Positions 1 through 9,150 are shown, counted from the first letter of the stretch. The stretch: DNA of 64,000 nt from an uncultured Clostridia bacterium (GCA_947037025.1 CAMQSU010000003.1:662-64661); one strand, 5' to 3'. A program made the numbers and translations. The notes: generated by a model from the letters alone, not told the origin.

Positions 1-1098
1 AGTGCAGCTAGAGGATTCGCAGACAAGATGAACTATGCAGACATCGACAAAGCACCAGAAGAGAAAGAGCGTGGTATTACAATTAATACAGCACACGTTG
101 AGTATCAAACTGAGGCTCGTCACTATGCACACGTTGACTGTCCAGGACATGCCGATTATGTTAAGAACATGATCACAGGTGCTGCACAAATGGACGGCGC
201 AATCCTAGTTGTTGCTTCAACTGATGGCCCAATGCCTCAGACTCGTGAGCACATCCTACTTGCACGTCAGGTTGGTGTACCATACATCGTAGTATTTATG
301 AACAAGACTGATCTTGTTGATGATGAAGAGTTACTTGAGCTAGTTGAGATGGAGATCCGTGATCTTCTATCTGTCTACAACTTCCCAGGCGATGACACAC
401 CAGTAATCAAGGGTTCTGCTGTTAAAGCACTTGAGGCTGCTGCAGCTGGAAACGCTGACGCTGAATGTTGTAAATGTATCGGCGAGCTTTTAGATGCTGT
501 TGATAGTTACATCCCAACACCAGTTCGTGATACAGACAAAGCATTCTTAATGCCAGTCGAGGACGTTTTCACAATCACTGGTCGTGGAACTGTTGCTACA
601 GGTAGAATTGAGCGTGGAAGTCTTCACATTCAAGATAAAGTTACAATCGTTGGTATCCGTGATACAGTAGAGACTACTTGTACTGGTATCGAGATGTTCA
701 GAAAGCTTCTTGACGAGGCATTCGCTGGTGATAACGTTGGAGTTTTACTTCGTGGTATCCAAAGAACTGATATCGAGCGTGGCCAAGTTTTATGTAAGGC
801 TGGTACAATCAACCCACATACAGCTTTCGCTTCTCAAGTATACGTACTAACTGCTACTGAGGGTGGTCGTCATACACCATTCTTTGATGGTTACCGTCCA
901 CAGTTCTATTTCAGAACAACAGACGTTACAGGCTCTATCAAACTTCCAACTGGAGTTGAGATGGTAATGCCTGGTGATAATATCGACATGAACATCGAGC
1001 TTATCACTCCAATCGCTATTGAAGAAGGTCTACGTTTCGCTATCCGTGAGGGTGGAAGAACTGTAGGATCTGGCGTAGTTGCAAGCATCATTAAGTAA
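1..1098 (+). CDS. tuf: Elongation factor Tu (5'-truncated by window edge)
   Basis: [28 protein letters not shown] and [11 protein letters not shown] motifs; frame is open from position 1. Confidence 0.99.
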   Translation, partial: SAARGFADKMNYADIDKAPEEKERGITINTAHVEYQTEARHYAHVDCPGHADYVKNMITGAAQMDGAILVVASTDGPMPQTREHILLARQVGVPYIVVFMNKTDLVDDEELLELVEMEIRDLLSVYNFPGDDTPVIKGSAVKALEAAAAGNADAECCKCIGELLDAVDSYIPTPVRDTDKAFLMPVEDVFTITGRGTVATGRIERGSLHIQDKVTIVGIRDTVETTCTGIEMFRKLLDEAFAGDNVGVLLRGIQRTDIERGQVLCKAGTINPHTAFASQVYVLTATEGGRHTPFFDGYRPQFYFRTTDVTGSIKLPTGVEMVMPGDNIDMNIELITPIAIEEGLRFAIREGGRTVGSGVVASIIK

Positions 1099-1147
1099 TT
1101 AATAGCTTAAAACAAACCAGCCCTTTAAGGCGAATAAAAATACAAAC

Positions 1148-1184
1148 AAAAATGACCGAAGCTTTTAGCTTAGGTCATTTTTTT
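1148..1184 (+). terminator. Intrinsic terminator of tuf
   Basis: AAAATGACCgAAGC-tttta-GCTTaGGTCATTTT stem followed by T-run. Confidence 0.85.
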
Positions 1185-1239
1185 ATGCTAAATTATAATA
1201 CATACAACATTATCGTTTATATTAATATGCAATTTAATA

Positions 1240-1299
1240 TTATATAATATTCGGTTATATAATATTCGGTTATACAATATTTGTTTATATAATATTATA
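1240..1299. repeat. 15-bp tandem repeat, 4 copies (TTATATAATATTCGG)
   Basis: Two identical and two degenerate units between convergent terminators. Confidence 0.8.
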
Positions 1300-1365
1300 G
1301 TATAAAGAGTATAATAAATTAACATGCTTTTATGTAGTGGAGATGTTATACAATATGAAGCAATT

Positions 1366-1403
1366 AAAAATACCGCCTAGTAATTAAACTAAGCGGTATT
1401 TTT
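1366..1403 (-). terminator. Intrinsic terminator of nitroreductase gene
   Basis: AAAAATACCGC...GCGGTATTTTT inverted repeat just past the stop codon. Confidence 0.85.
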
Positions 1404-1416
1404 ATTGCGAAAATTA

Positions 1417-1935
1417 TTAAAATGTATTTTCTACAACCATGCTAGATAAGGGATTTCTCTCAATATCATGTCTATCAGGTGATTTTTTATCATAAGCTGC
1501 ATAACCTATCGCGATTATCGCAATTGGCTGCAAATTTTCAGGAATATTAAAGTCTTTTCGTAATATTTCAGGTCTGAATAACTCTATCCAACAAGTGCTA
1601 AGACCTAAACTTTCTGCTGCCATAACCATATGGTCTGCTGCAATTGTACCGTCTATATCAGCCATTGATTTATTATCTAGTTTTCTCGTCCATGCAATTT
1701 TAGTATCACAGCAAACAACTAGCACAAGCGGTGCACCAAAAGTTTTAGCACTTGCTTTTAACTTGTACAGCGACGCAGTGTCAGTTATTTTAAGCACGAC
1801 TTGTGGTTGATAATTTACTGCAGTAGGGCAAACTCTGCCACACTCTAAAATTATATTTACCTTATCATTTTCAACTTGCTTACTACTATACTCACGCACT
1901 GAACATCTTGTTTTTGCTAGTGTTAAAAAATCCAT
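1417..1935 (-). CDS. Nitroreductase family protein
   Basis: R-x-S-V-R-E-Y N-terminus, PTAVNYQP, AAESLGLSTCWI, IAIGY; GGAGG RBS. Confidence 0.93.
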   Translation of the reverse strand: MDFLTLAKTRCSVREYSSKQVENDKVNIILECGRVCPTAVNYQPQVVLKITDTASLYKLKASAKTFGAPLVLVVCCDTKIAWTRKLDNKSMADIDGTIAADHMVMAAESLGLSTCWIELFRPEILRKDFNIPENLQPIAIIAIGYAAYDKKSPDRHDIERNPLSSMVVENTF

Positions 1936-1972
1936 ATTTCCTCCATGTACTTATATATTGTTATTTTATTAT

Positions 1973-2001
1973 ATTATAATACAGTATATCAATATTGTCA
2001 A
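1973..2001 (-). promoter_or_regulatory. Sigma-A promoter of nitroreductase
   Basis: TTGACA-17 bp-TATAAT on minus strand. Confidence 0.75.
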
Positions 2002-2065
2002 GTGAGTGGTATCTTTAAATGATATTATCAAATGTGTGGTATCTTTAAATAATATTATCAAGTGA
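1991..2065. repeat. 30-bp tandem repeat, 2.5 copies, overlapping the -35 box
   Basis: aATATTrTCAArTGwGTGGTATCTTTAAAT at 1991, 2021 and partial at 2051. Confidence 0.8.
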
Positions 2066-2178
2066 CTTCTATATTAAAATATAATATTACCATATATGCA
2101 GTCTTAATATTAAATGTCTAATATATAAGCGATTTAATCATCTTTTATGTCTAAATTGCTGGTGTAAAGGCATTTCAC

Positions 2179-2207
2179 TTGACATTTAATGGGATATCTA
2201 GTAAAAT
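2179..2207 (+). promoter_or_regulatory. Sigma-A promoter of putP
   Basis: TTGACA-17 bp-TAAAAT. Confidence 0.7.
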
Positions 2208-2265
2208 ATAAACAATGTTGCAATAATAAAATTTAGTAAAATTGCAGTACAAAAGGAGGATCTTT

Positions 2266-3879
2266 ATGAGCGATAAAGGGATAATACTATTAATTTTCGG
2301 CTTATATCTACTACTTATGGTAGGCATAGGTTTTATATTTTATAGAAAATCAATGTCATCATCAACCTACATGCTAGGCGGAAGAAGTCTAAATCCTTGG
2401 GTTACTGCTTTTTCAGCGCAAGCATCTGATATGAGCGGCTGGTTGCTTACAGGACTTCCGGGACTATGCTGTCTGGGCATTGCCGCTGGCAGTGTTGCAG
2501 GTATTAAGGAATCAATATTTACCGCAATCGGACTATTTATAGGTACCGCTGCTAACTGGATATTTGTAGCGAAGCGACTTAGAGTGTATACAGAGGTTGC
2601 CTCAAATTCAATCACTGTCCCAAGTTTCTTTGCAAACAGATTCGATGATAAAAAAGGTATCCTTCAAGCAATATCAGGAGTTGTAATATTATTCTTTTTC
2701 ACATTCTATGCTGCGTCAATGTTCTCAGCTGGAGCGAAAATGTTTGAAACAATATTTGGACTTGACTATCACTTAGCACTATTAATCGGTGCAAGCATTA
2801 TAGTTCTATATACATTATTAGGTGGATTTTTAGCAGTTTCATGGACTGATCTAATTCAAGGACTAATTATGTTTTTTGCACTTATTATCGTGCCAATCTT
2901 TGTTATGCGAGGGTTTAGTGACGCAGATTTCAGTGCTATGGGCGAGATAGGTAATGCTATTTCTAATTTACTGCCACAACAAGGCGAGGCGTTTACATGG
3001 ATAACTATTGCAACAGCACTTAGTTGGGGTCTTGGTTACTTTGGTATGCCGCACGTCCTTGTAAGATTTATGGCAACAAAAAACAAAAAAACAATTAAAC
3101 CTGCAGCAATAATAGCGTTAGTGTGGGTTGCAATTACAATGGCTTGTGCTATCCTTATAGGTATTGTAGGGCGAGTTGCAGTTGGAGATGGACTTACTGA
3201 TGCAACATCAGAAACAGTTTTCATGCAGTTAGTCATGAATTCATTTGGGCCAATTGTTGCGGGACTTTTGCTCTCTGCAATACTTGCAGCTATTATGTCA
3301 ACGGCAGATAGTCAGTTACTTGTTGCAAGTAGTTCGTTTGCAGAGGATATCTACAAAAAGCATCTACGCAAAAATGCAACAGATAAGGAAGTATTATTTG
3401 TATCAAGAATGACAATCATAGCAGTATCAGCAGTAGCAATATTGTTAGCACTTGATCCTGAGTCAAAAATATTTGAGCTTGTAAAATACGCATGGGGCGG
3501 ATTTGGAGCATCATTCGGGCCACTGGTAATATTCTCTCTATATTCAAAAAAAATAAAGTTCAGCGGAGCAGTAGCGTCAATCGTAACTGGTGCAGTAACT
3601 ACTATAGTATGGCGATATGGATTAAGTCACTTAGGCGGAATCTTCCTAATATACGAACTGATCCCTGGATTTATTCTATCATCCGCAGCATTATGGATAG
3701 GGTCATTATGTGACAAGCGTCCAATTAGTGATAAGATGGCAACAGATTATGATAATTTTAAAATAGCATTAAAAGATAAATCAGATGATAATAAGATTGA
3801 AGATGATCAAAATTCGGATTGCGATGTAGAATCGGATAATGAGCAAATGATGTCAGCTGATATTAATGCAAATAATTAA
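2266..3879 (+). CDS. putP: Sodium/proline symporter (SSS family)
   Basis: SAQASDMSGWLLTGLPG, WGLGYFGMPHVLVRFM, AAIMSTADSQLL; start placed at ATG after AGGAGG. Confidence 0.93.
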   Translation: MSDKGIILLIFGLYLLLMVGIGFIFYRKSMSSSTYMLGGRSLNPWVTAFSAQASDMSGWLLTGLPGLCCLGIAAGSVAGIKESIFTAIGLFIGTAANWIFVAKRLRVYTEVASNSITVPSFFANRFDDKKGILQAISGVVILFFFTFYAASMFSAGAKMFETIFGLDYHLALLIGASIIVLYTLLGGFLAVSWTDLIQGLIMFFALIIVPIFVMRGFSDADFSAMGEIGNAISNLLPQQGEAFTWITIATALSWGLGYFGMPHVLVRFMATKNKKTIKPAAIIALVWVAITMACAILIGIVGRVAVGDGLTDATSETVFMQLVMNSFGPIVAGLLLSAILAAIMSTADSQLLVASSSFAEDIYKKHLRKNATDKEVLFVSRMTIIAVSAVAILLALDPESKIFELVKYAWGGFGASFGPLVIFSLYSKKIKFSGAVASIVTGAVTTIVWRYGLSHLGGIFLIYELIPGFILSSAALWIGSLCDKRPISDKMATDYDNFKIALKDKSDDNKIEDDQNSDCDVESDNEQMMSADINANN

Positions 3880-3966
3880 CAAAAATTGCAACTTACGGCA
3901 TACATCAAATAGAGCAAGTATTAATTACTAGTATTAAAATGTAAGCTTAATAATTAATTGTAAAAT

Positions 3967-3995
3967 AAAAGATGACTTAACAGTCATTTTTTTTT
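3967..3995 (+). terminator. Intrinsic terminator of putP
   Basis: ATGACT-taac-AGTCAT plus long T-run. Confidence 0.75.
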
Positions 3996-4194
3996 GCGTT
4001 TTGACATACAATATTGTGGGCGGCAATAATTAGTGTATAGACTGAAATAGACTAATAAAGTTACTAGTTTCCGCATTTTGCTCTGCTGTATTATCAAATA
4101 CATGTATAAATTGTAGCTAAACTCTGCTAAATCAGGGCAAAACGATGTAATTTGCTACACTTATGTAAATTAATTGTAAATTTCAGTTTTCCTA

Positions 4195-4224
4195 TTGACA
4201 ATATTCAATTGCGTATGCTAGACT
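4195..4224 (+). promoter_or_regulatory. Sigma-A promoter driving a gene-less region
   Basis: TTGACA (4195-4200) and extended -10 TGcTAGACT (4216-4224), 18-bp spacer. Confidence 0.7.
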
Positions 4225-4736
4225 ATATGTAAGAAACAAACTCGCCATTCGTGAAAGACAAGTTTTCAGATAAAACTGAAATGTCTGAGTGGGGGATTGG
4301 CTTTAGAGGATACAAAATCTAAAGTTCTGATTACAAGTAGCAATGCTTGTGATAAATTATTTGATTACAAATGAGTTAGTAACCATATAGCGGACTTGTA
4401 AATTATTGCAAAATACGCAAATGTATGAAGGAACTCGATTAAGAGATAATGGGGAAAATCGTTCTCTTAAACAAAGGCAATACCAACTTGCAAAAACTGA
4501 GTGTTTTATAAACTAAGTTTAGCTTGGCAGTACTGTCTAACAAATCAAAGTGCTTTATTGCAAATGAAGTAAGACGTTATTGTAATTGTGAATAGTCACA
4601 AATAGAAAAACATCTTGCATCGAATTGAGTTTTTGATTAGTCGAATTCTCAAAATAAAAATAAAAATATTAATGTCAAATTAAAATTAAAGTGAACATAA
4701 AAATTGAACATGAAAATAAAATAAATAATTATAATT

Positions 4737-4904
4737 TTCGGCAACTGCCGATTAGACTGAGAGAGCTTGAGACGAAGTGACCGTAGCCCAAATGACTAGA
4801 GTTAGAGTCTAAGTGCATGCATTTTTTAAATTTGTATAGCGAAGTGACCGTAGTCCAAAAAGACAAGGGTTTGAGTCGAGGAGTCCGAGGGGCTTGCTCC
4901 AGCC
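4737..4904 (+). repeat. Structured domain copy 1 (two internal CGAAGTGACCGTAGCC..GAC..GGGTT.GAGTC units)
   Basis: Colinear similarity to 5134-5310. Confidence 0.85.
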
Positions 4905-5133
4905 TAAATGACAATACCTGTCATTATAAAATTCAATTAATATTACAATTAAAGTGATAATGGTAATTAAAATTTGAAGCAAAATATATTTGCAGAGTAT
5001 AAGGTGTAATAAAGAATGCGGATTTGTATCAAAAATGGTTCAAAAATATCGCTAATTACACATAAAACTTAACTCGATTCAGTGAGTATAGAAATAATCT
5101 ATATCACGCATTTATAATAAAGAAAGAGCAAAA

Positions 5134-5310
5134 TTCGGCAATTATGCCGTCAGACGGAGAGAGTTTGAGACGAAGTGAACGAGACCTACATGACGCAGGG
5201 CGAGTGTCTAAATGCCGTTGTAAACTGTATATTAGTTGCAATGAGCGAGTGACCGTAGCCTATATGACGACAGGGTTAGATTCGATGAGTCCGAGGGGCT
5301 TACTCCAGCC
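5134..5310 (+). repeat. Structured domain copy 2
   Basis: Shares CGGCA/TGCCG hairpin, GAGAGAGyTTGAGACGAAGTGA, GTGACCGTAG and GAGTCCGAGGGGCTTrCTCCAGCC with copy 1. Confidence 0.85.
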
Positions 5311-5552
5311 AAAAACAAATAAGTTAAGAATTATATAATAGAGGTTTTTCTCTAAGATAAGATTGTCGCGAAAATCTTATCAGATAATTAAAATAAAAAT
5401 ATAAGCATAGTTATAAATAATCTTCACAAGCTGACATGATTATGGCAGCATAATAATTAAGAAGCTTAACTATAACCAGCTTTTACAACTGAATATATAA
5501 GTTATTGATAATAGTAATTTGTTAATTACTGAAAATTTCAAGAAACGAAATA

Positions 5553-5594
5553 AAGATTACCCACAAGCATTATGCTTGTGGGTAATTTTGTTTT
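5553..5594. terminator. Strong, probably bidirectional intrinsic terminator
   Basis: ATTACCCACAAGCA-tta-TGCTTGTGGGTAAT perfect 14-bp stem, T-rich downstream and A-rich upstream. Confidence 0.88.
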
Positions 5595-5691
5595 ACACAT
5601 TAAATGCAGCTATTTTAACTGCGCATAATATGAATTTAGCATTTATATTTAAATTGATATGCTACTAAAAAAACTAGCAGTTTATATGATC

Positions 5692-5815
5692 ATTTTGCAC
5701 ATTTTCTACTTATTTTTGCTCATTTATTGCATGTTTTTTAGGTGTTTTTGCACGTTTTTTGCATGTTTTCTGCACGTTTTTTACGTGTTTCTACATGTTT
5801 ATTTAGCCATAATTT
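5692..5815 (-). repeat. Phased A-tract array (~10 units of ~11 bp, consensus AAAAAACRTGC on minus strand)
   Basis: Read directly; same consensus as 48453-48550. Confidence 0.8.
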
Positions 5816-5835
5816 TAGGCATTTCGGCTAATAAA

Positions 5836-6144
5836 TTATTTAGCTTTTGTTTTGCACTTAGTATGCATCATTTTATCTCCAACAGTTATATGCTCAGCTG
5901 CACATTTGTTGCTTTTGTTATGCATACATTCAGTGCTGCCGCACTCAATAAAAGTGTCGTCATTATCTGAGTAATCAAACTCAGCAGCAGTCTCCATATT
6001 GATAAACTCTTGCTCAATTACACCATTTTCACGGCGTAATTTTGTTGCACAATTACCATGTTTATCTACATTGATAATTCCTGCGCGGCAATGACAGCCT
6101 TCATTAAATTCACAGTTGCTTGTTGTACATTTTAATCCTTTCAT
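5836..6144 (-). CDS. Small Cys-rich protein with two DUF1540-like repeats
   Basis: Two C-x4-C-x2-N-x3/4-C-x-A-x2-I-x-V...C-x-T motifs; GGAGG RBS. Confidence 0.85.
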   Translation of the reverse strand: MKGLKCTTSNCEFNEGCHCRAGIINVDKHGNCATKLRRENGVIEQEFINMETAAEFDYSDNDDTFIECGSTECMHNKSNKCAAEHITVGDKMMHTKCKTKAK

Positions 6145-6389
6145 AATTCCTCCAATTTGTTTTATTATTAGCTATTTTCCATCATTTATTATACCTACAT
6201 TGGTGCAATAAATCATCATCTAATTGTGCCGCATTGCAACACCTTTAGATAGTAATAGCATGTACTTATACTTGCGTTTCATACATACTAATATATAAAT
6301 GTATCATTTTGCTTGACTTTAAGAGCAGAATGTAGCACAATGTTAGAATAAGTATGCAACACTATTTTGAGCAAATTAAAGGAGTTACA

Positions 6390-7061
6390 ATGAGAATTGA
6401 AATAATCAAACAACTGAGTCACACGGATAAGGTTTACCTTGCGAAAAATGACGAGGGAGATAAGGTCGTTCTAAAAAAATACAAAGATGTAAATTGTATG
6501 GCGTTAGAAACGACAATCCTTAATCAGTTGTCTATATCTGGCTACGCACCTAAAGTTTTAGAGCAAGGCGAAGACAGTATAATTTACGAGTATATAGAGG
6601 GTGATTCATTTTTAGATAAATATATAAGTTATTCTATGATGGATGACACGGAAGGACTTATTAGACTAGCAAACGAGCTTAGTATTTATCTGCAGATATT
6701 CTATTCGCTAGCAGAAGGGTACATCATTAAGGATATCAGTTTCAGCAATTTCATTATTAAAGATAGCAGATGTTACGGAGTTGATTACGATTCTGTTGCA
6801 GAGGGAATGCAGTATACAGATATCGGCGGAGTGGTGGCATTTGCAGTTAAGCATGTTGTAGGCGATATTCAGGCAAGTTTCCCGTTTATCCAACAAGTGC
6901 TTAAAAATTTCCGTATGCAGATGATAGATATTATTAATGATGTAAAGGAAGTATTGCAAAAAACCGAATCTCCGCTATATTATGAGCAAGTTTTAGCAGT
7001 TTTGATAATGATTGATGATGATATAATAGATGATATCGGATATGTGGAAAATAATTCATAA
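6390..7061 (+). CDS. Protein-kinase-like fold protein (RIO/APH-like)
   Basis: VVLKK, alphaC Glu, catalytic loop IKDISFSN, DYD in place of DFG; ATG after AAGGAG. Confidence 0.7.
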   Translation: MRIEIIKQLSHTDKVYLAKNDEGDKVVLKKYKDVNCMALETTILNQLSISGYAPKVLEQGEDSIIYEYIEGDSFLDKYISYSMMDDTEGLIRLANELSIYLQIFYSLAEGYIIKDISFSNFIIKDSRCYGVDYDSVAEGMQYTDIGGVVAFAVKHVVGDIQASFPFIQQVLKNFRMQMIDIINDVKEVLQKTESPLYYEQVLAVLIMIDDDIIDDIGYVENNS

Positions 7062-7143
7062 AATATAACCATTAGTGTTGTAATGCAATGCTATATATGA
7101 TATAATAAAATAAACAAAAATATCTTAAACAGGAAGTAGTAAA

Positions 7144-7368
7144 ATGAAATTTAGAGACAGATTAGTCGGATTGAGAAAGCAAAAAGGTTACAATCAAAAT
7201 TACATAGCGATCTATATGGGTGTTTCGCAAGTATCTATTAGCAATTGGGAGAGAGGTCTTAAAGAACCTAATTTTCAGTCGCTAATTGACCTAGCGAATC
7301 TATTTGGGGTGTCATGTGATTTCCTTCTAGGCGTTTCAGATAAAGCTGAAACTGAGGAGAAACTATGA
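7144..7368 (+). CDS. XRE-family helix-turn-helix regulator
   Basis: GVSQVSISNWERGLKEP...LANLFGVSCDFLLG. Confidence 0.92.
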   Translation: MKFRDRLVGLRKQKGYNQNYIAIYMGVSQVSISNWERGLKEPNFQSLIDLANLFGVSCDFLLGVSDKAETEEKL

Positions 7369-8273
7369 TTAATATTAAAAATATGCAGTATTTATGTTAT
7401 GGCAATTGCCTTGAGATTACAAACGGTAATGTTATGCTAAGGGTTACAACTGATGTTGGACCACGCATTATTTATTACGGCACTCAGGACGAAGACAACA
7501 TGATGTTTTGCGATGTTAATGATGATATTAATGTTCAAAACGAATATCTAGATACAAATTTCCAAAAGGGTGAGACTTGGCATATTTATGGCGGTCACAG
7601 ACTTTGGACTTCTCCAGAAAATCAAGGATCTTACTTCCCTGATAATTATCCAGTACAAGTAGAAATGCTTGATAATGGTGCAACTTTCTACGGAATTAAT
7701 GAAGTTACTAATGGCATAAGAAAAACAATCAAAATTACTATGGATGAGAGCGGTGTTGTAACAATTGACCACTCATTTACTAATTTTACAGAAAATCCAG
7801 TAACTATTGCTTTGTGGGCGTTATCAGTTATGAATAAAGGCGGACTTGCAGTTATACCTATGTCAACAGAAGATACAGGATTGCTTGCAAACAGAAACCT
7901 TGTGTTATGGCCATATACAAATGTCCGTGATGCTAGACTAACTATTGCGCAAAAGTTTTTCTCTCTGCAGCAGAATGTTAAATGTGATGGACCGCTTAAG
8001 ATAGGCGTTCTTAATACTGAAGGTTTAGTTTATTACATACGCGGCGGAAAAATGCTAGAGAAGAAATTTAATAAAGCAAACCGTGATGGCACTTATGTTG
8101 ATTACAGTTGCAGCACCGAGCTTTACACTAGCGAGCATTTTATAGAAGTTGAAGCAATATCAGAGCTTTTTGATATTGCTGCAAGTGCAACTGAGCATCA
8201 TGTAGAAGTTTGGACATTGCATGAAGGCGACAAGTTACAATCGGAAATCATGGAGATGATAAATGAAGGCTAA
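7365..8273 (+). CDS. Conserved hypothetical protein, galactose-mutarotase-like (DUF4380-like)
   Basis: VTTDVGPRII and YGGHRLWTSPE motifs; overlaps upstream stop. Confidence 0.65.
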   Translation: MINIKNMQYLCYGNCLEITNGNVMLRVTTDVGPRIIYYGTQDEDNMMFCDVNDDINVQNEYLDTNFQKGETWHIYGGHRLWTSPENQGSYFPDNYPVQVEMLDNGATFYGINEVTNGIRKTIKITMDESGVVTIDHSFTNFTENPVTIALWALSVMNKGGLAVIPMSTEDTGLLANRNLVLWPYTNVRDARLTIAQKFFSLQQNVKCDGPLKIGVLNTEGLVYYIRGGKMLEKKFNKANRDGTYVDYSCSTELYTSEHFIEVEAISELFDIAASATEHHVEVWTLHEGDKLQSEIMEMINEG

Positions 8274-9150
8274 ATTATCTAAAGTTGGTATAATCGTAGC
8301 AGTGCTAGTGTTGTCGTTGATGACGCTTGCAGGTTGCGTTTATGACTCAAAAAAGATAAATATTAACATTAAGGACGGCACTACTCCTTACGAGATAGCG
8401 GCTAAAGCTGCGTTGCCATCGGTAGCTAACCTTACAGTGTATAAGCTAGATGATGAGTTCAACGCCACCGCCGTTAACACATCCGTAGGATTAGTTATTG
8501 ATAATAATCATATACTAGTCAACAAAAGGGTTTTACCTGCAAGCAAGCTTTCTATAATACCTGTTAAAAATTATATTATGCAGGTTGAAGTCACTACAAA
8601 GGACGGCACATTAAAAACTTATAGATGCGAGCAATCTCCAGTAGAAATCTTCGCAAGAAAAAATGATGATTTAGGTTTAGTCTTGCTAAAGCTGCTAGAT
8701 GACCCAAACAGAGAATTAGTGCCGTGCGTGTTCGGAGATTCAGACACTCTAGCAGTTGGATCTAACACTCTAGCTGTATCGGTAAGGTCAGGTTTTGTCA
8801 GAACATTTGAGGTGCTTATATCAAATATGGAGTTAGTTCTTAATGGTTATAACGCAAATACTGGCACAATGTTTGGCGGTAATATCATTCCATCTAGTTT
8901 TTATACTTCAGGCAATCATAATAATGATAGTGTGGATGCTTACCGAGGTGATTTAGTGGAGGAAGATTTATATAATTATGCACCTTCTAGCGCGATACTA
9001 TTTGATATGCAAGGTAGAGTAGTAGGATTTAATTATTCTATGTTTGTAAATAACGATGATAATAACGATAACGTTGTAGGTAGTATAGGTTACGCTATCA
9101 AAGGAAATGCAATCGCATCAGGTCTTAGAGAAGGGGGGTATATCTTATGA
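8263..9150 (+). CDS. Lipoprotein with degenerate trypsin-like (S1C) domain
   Basis: LAGC lipobox; colinear with the downstream protease but catalytic His/Asp replaced. Confidence 0.7.
   Translation: MKAKLSKVGIIVAVLVLSLMTLAGCVYDSKKININIKDGTTPYEIAAKAALPSVANLTVYKLDDEFNATAVNTSVGLVIDNNHILVNKRVLPASKLSIIPVKNYIMQVEVTTKDGTLKTYRCEQSPVEIFARKNDDLGLVLLKLLDDPNRELVPCVFGDSDTLAVGSNTLAVSVRSGFVRTFEVLISNMELVLNGYNANTGTMFGGNIIPSSFYTSGNHNNDSVDAYRGDLVEEDLYNYAPSSAILFDMQGRVVGFNYSMFVNNDDNNDNVVGSIGYAIKGNAIASGLREGGYIL

Larger units (their letters stand above)
4231..5594 (+). ncRNA. Candidate large structured non-coding RNA (~1.35 kb), family unknown
   Basis: Bounded by promoter and strong terminator; no credible ORF; many hairpins including a GCAA tetraloop; duplicated ~170-nt structured domain. 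Confidence 0.6.

Noticed and set aside
1240-1299. 15-bp repeat as iterons or origin
   Set aside because: AT-rich minisatellite between convergent terminators with no rep gene or DnaA boxes
4773-5283. Four repeats read as a CRISPR array
   Set aside because: Units are diverged and arranged 2 x 2 with irregular spacing, the intervening sequences are homologous or structured rather than unique spacers, and there are no cas genes
4737-5310. Tandem glycine riboswitch, T-box or hammerhead (GGAGAGA..CGAAG, AGAGAGC, GATGAGTCC)
   Set aside because: No P2 stem or CUCUCAGG, no GGTGGnACCGCG T-box, no CUGAUGA..GAAA core, and no downstream gene to regulate
4729-5338. ORFs 4729-4914 (-) and 5144-5338 (+), plus a 31-codon ORF at 4421
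   Set aside because: No RBS; the two homologous repeats give ORFs on opposite strands with indels between copies, so coding is not conserved
4231-5594. tmRNA, RNase P RNA or group II intron
   Set aside because: No tRNA-like GGGG..CCA ends, no GAGGAAAGUCC, no GUGCG start or domain V visible
5659-5970. 103-aa hydrophobic ORF on +
   Set aside because: Artefact of the T-tract repeat; overlaps the real DUF1540 gene in antisense
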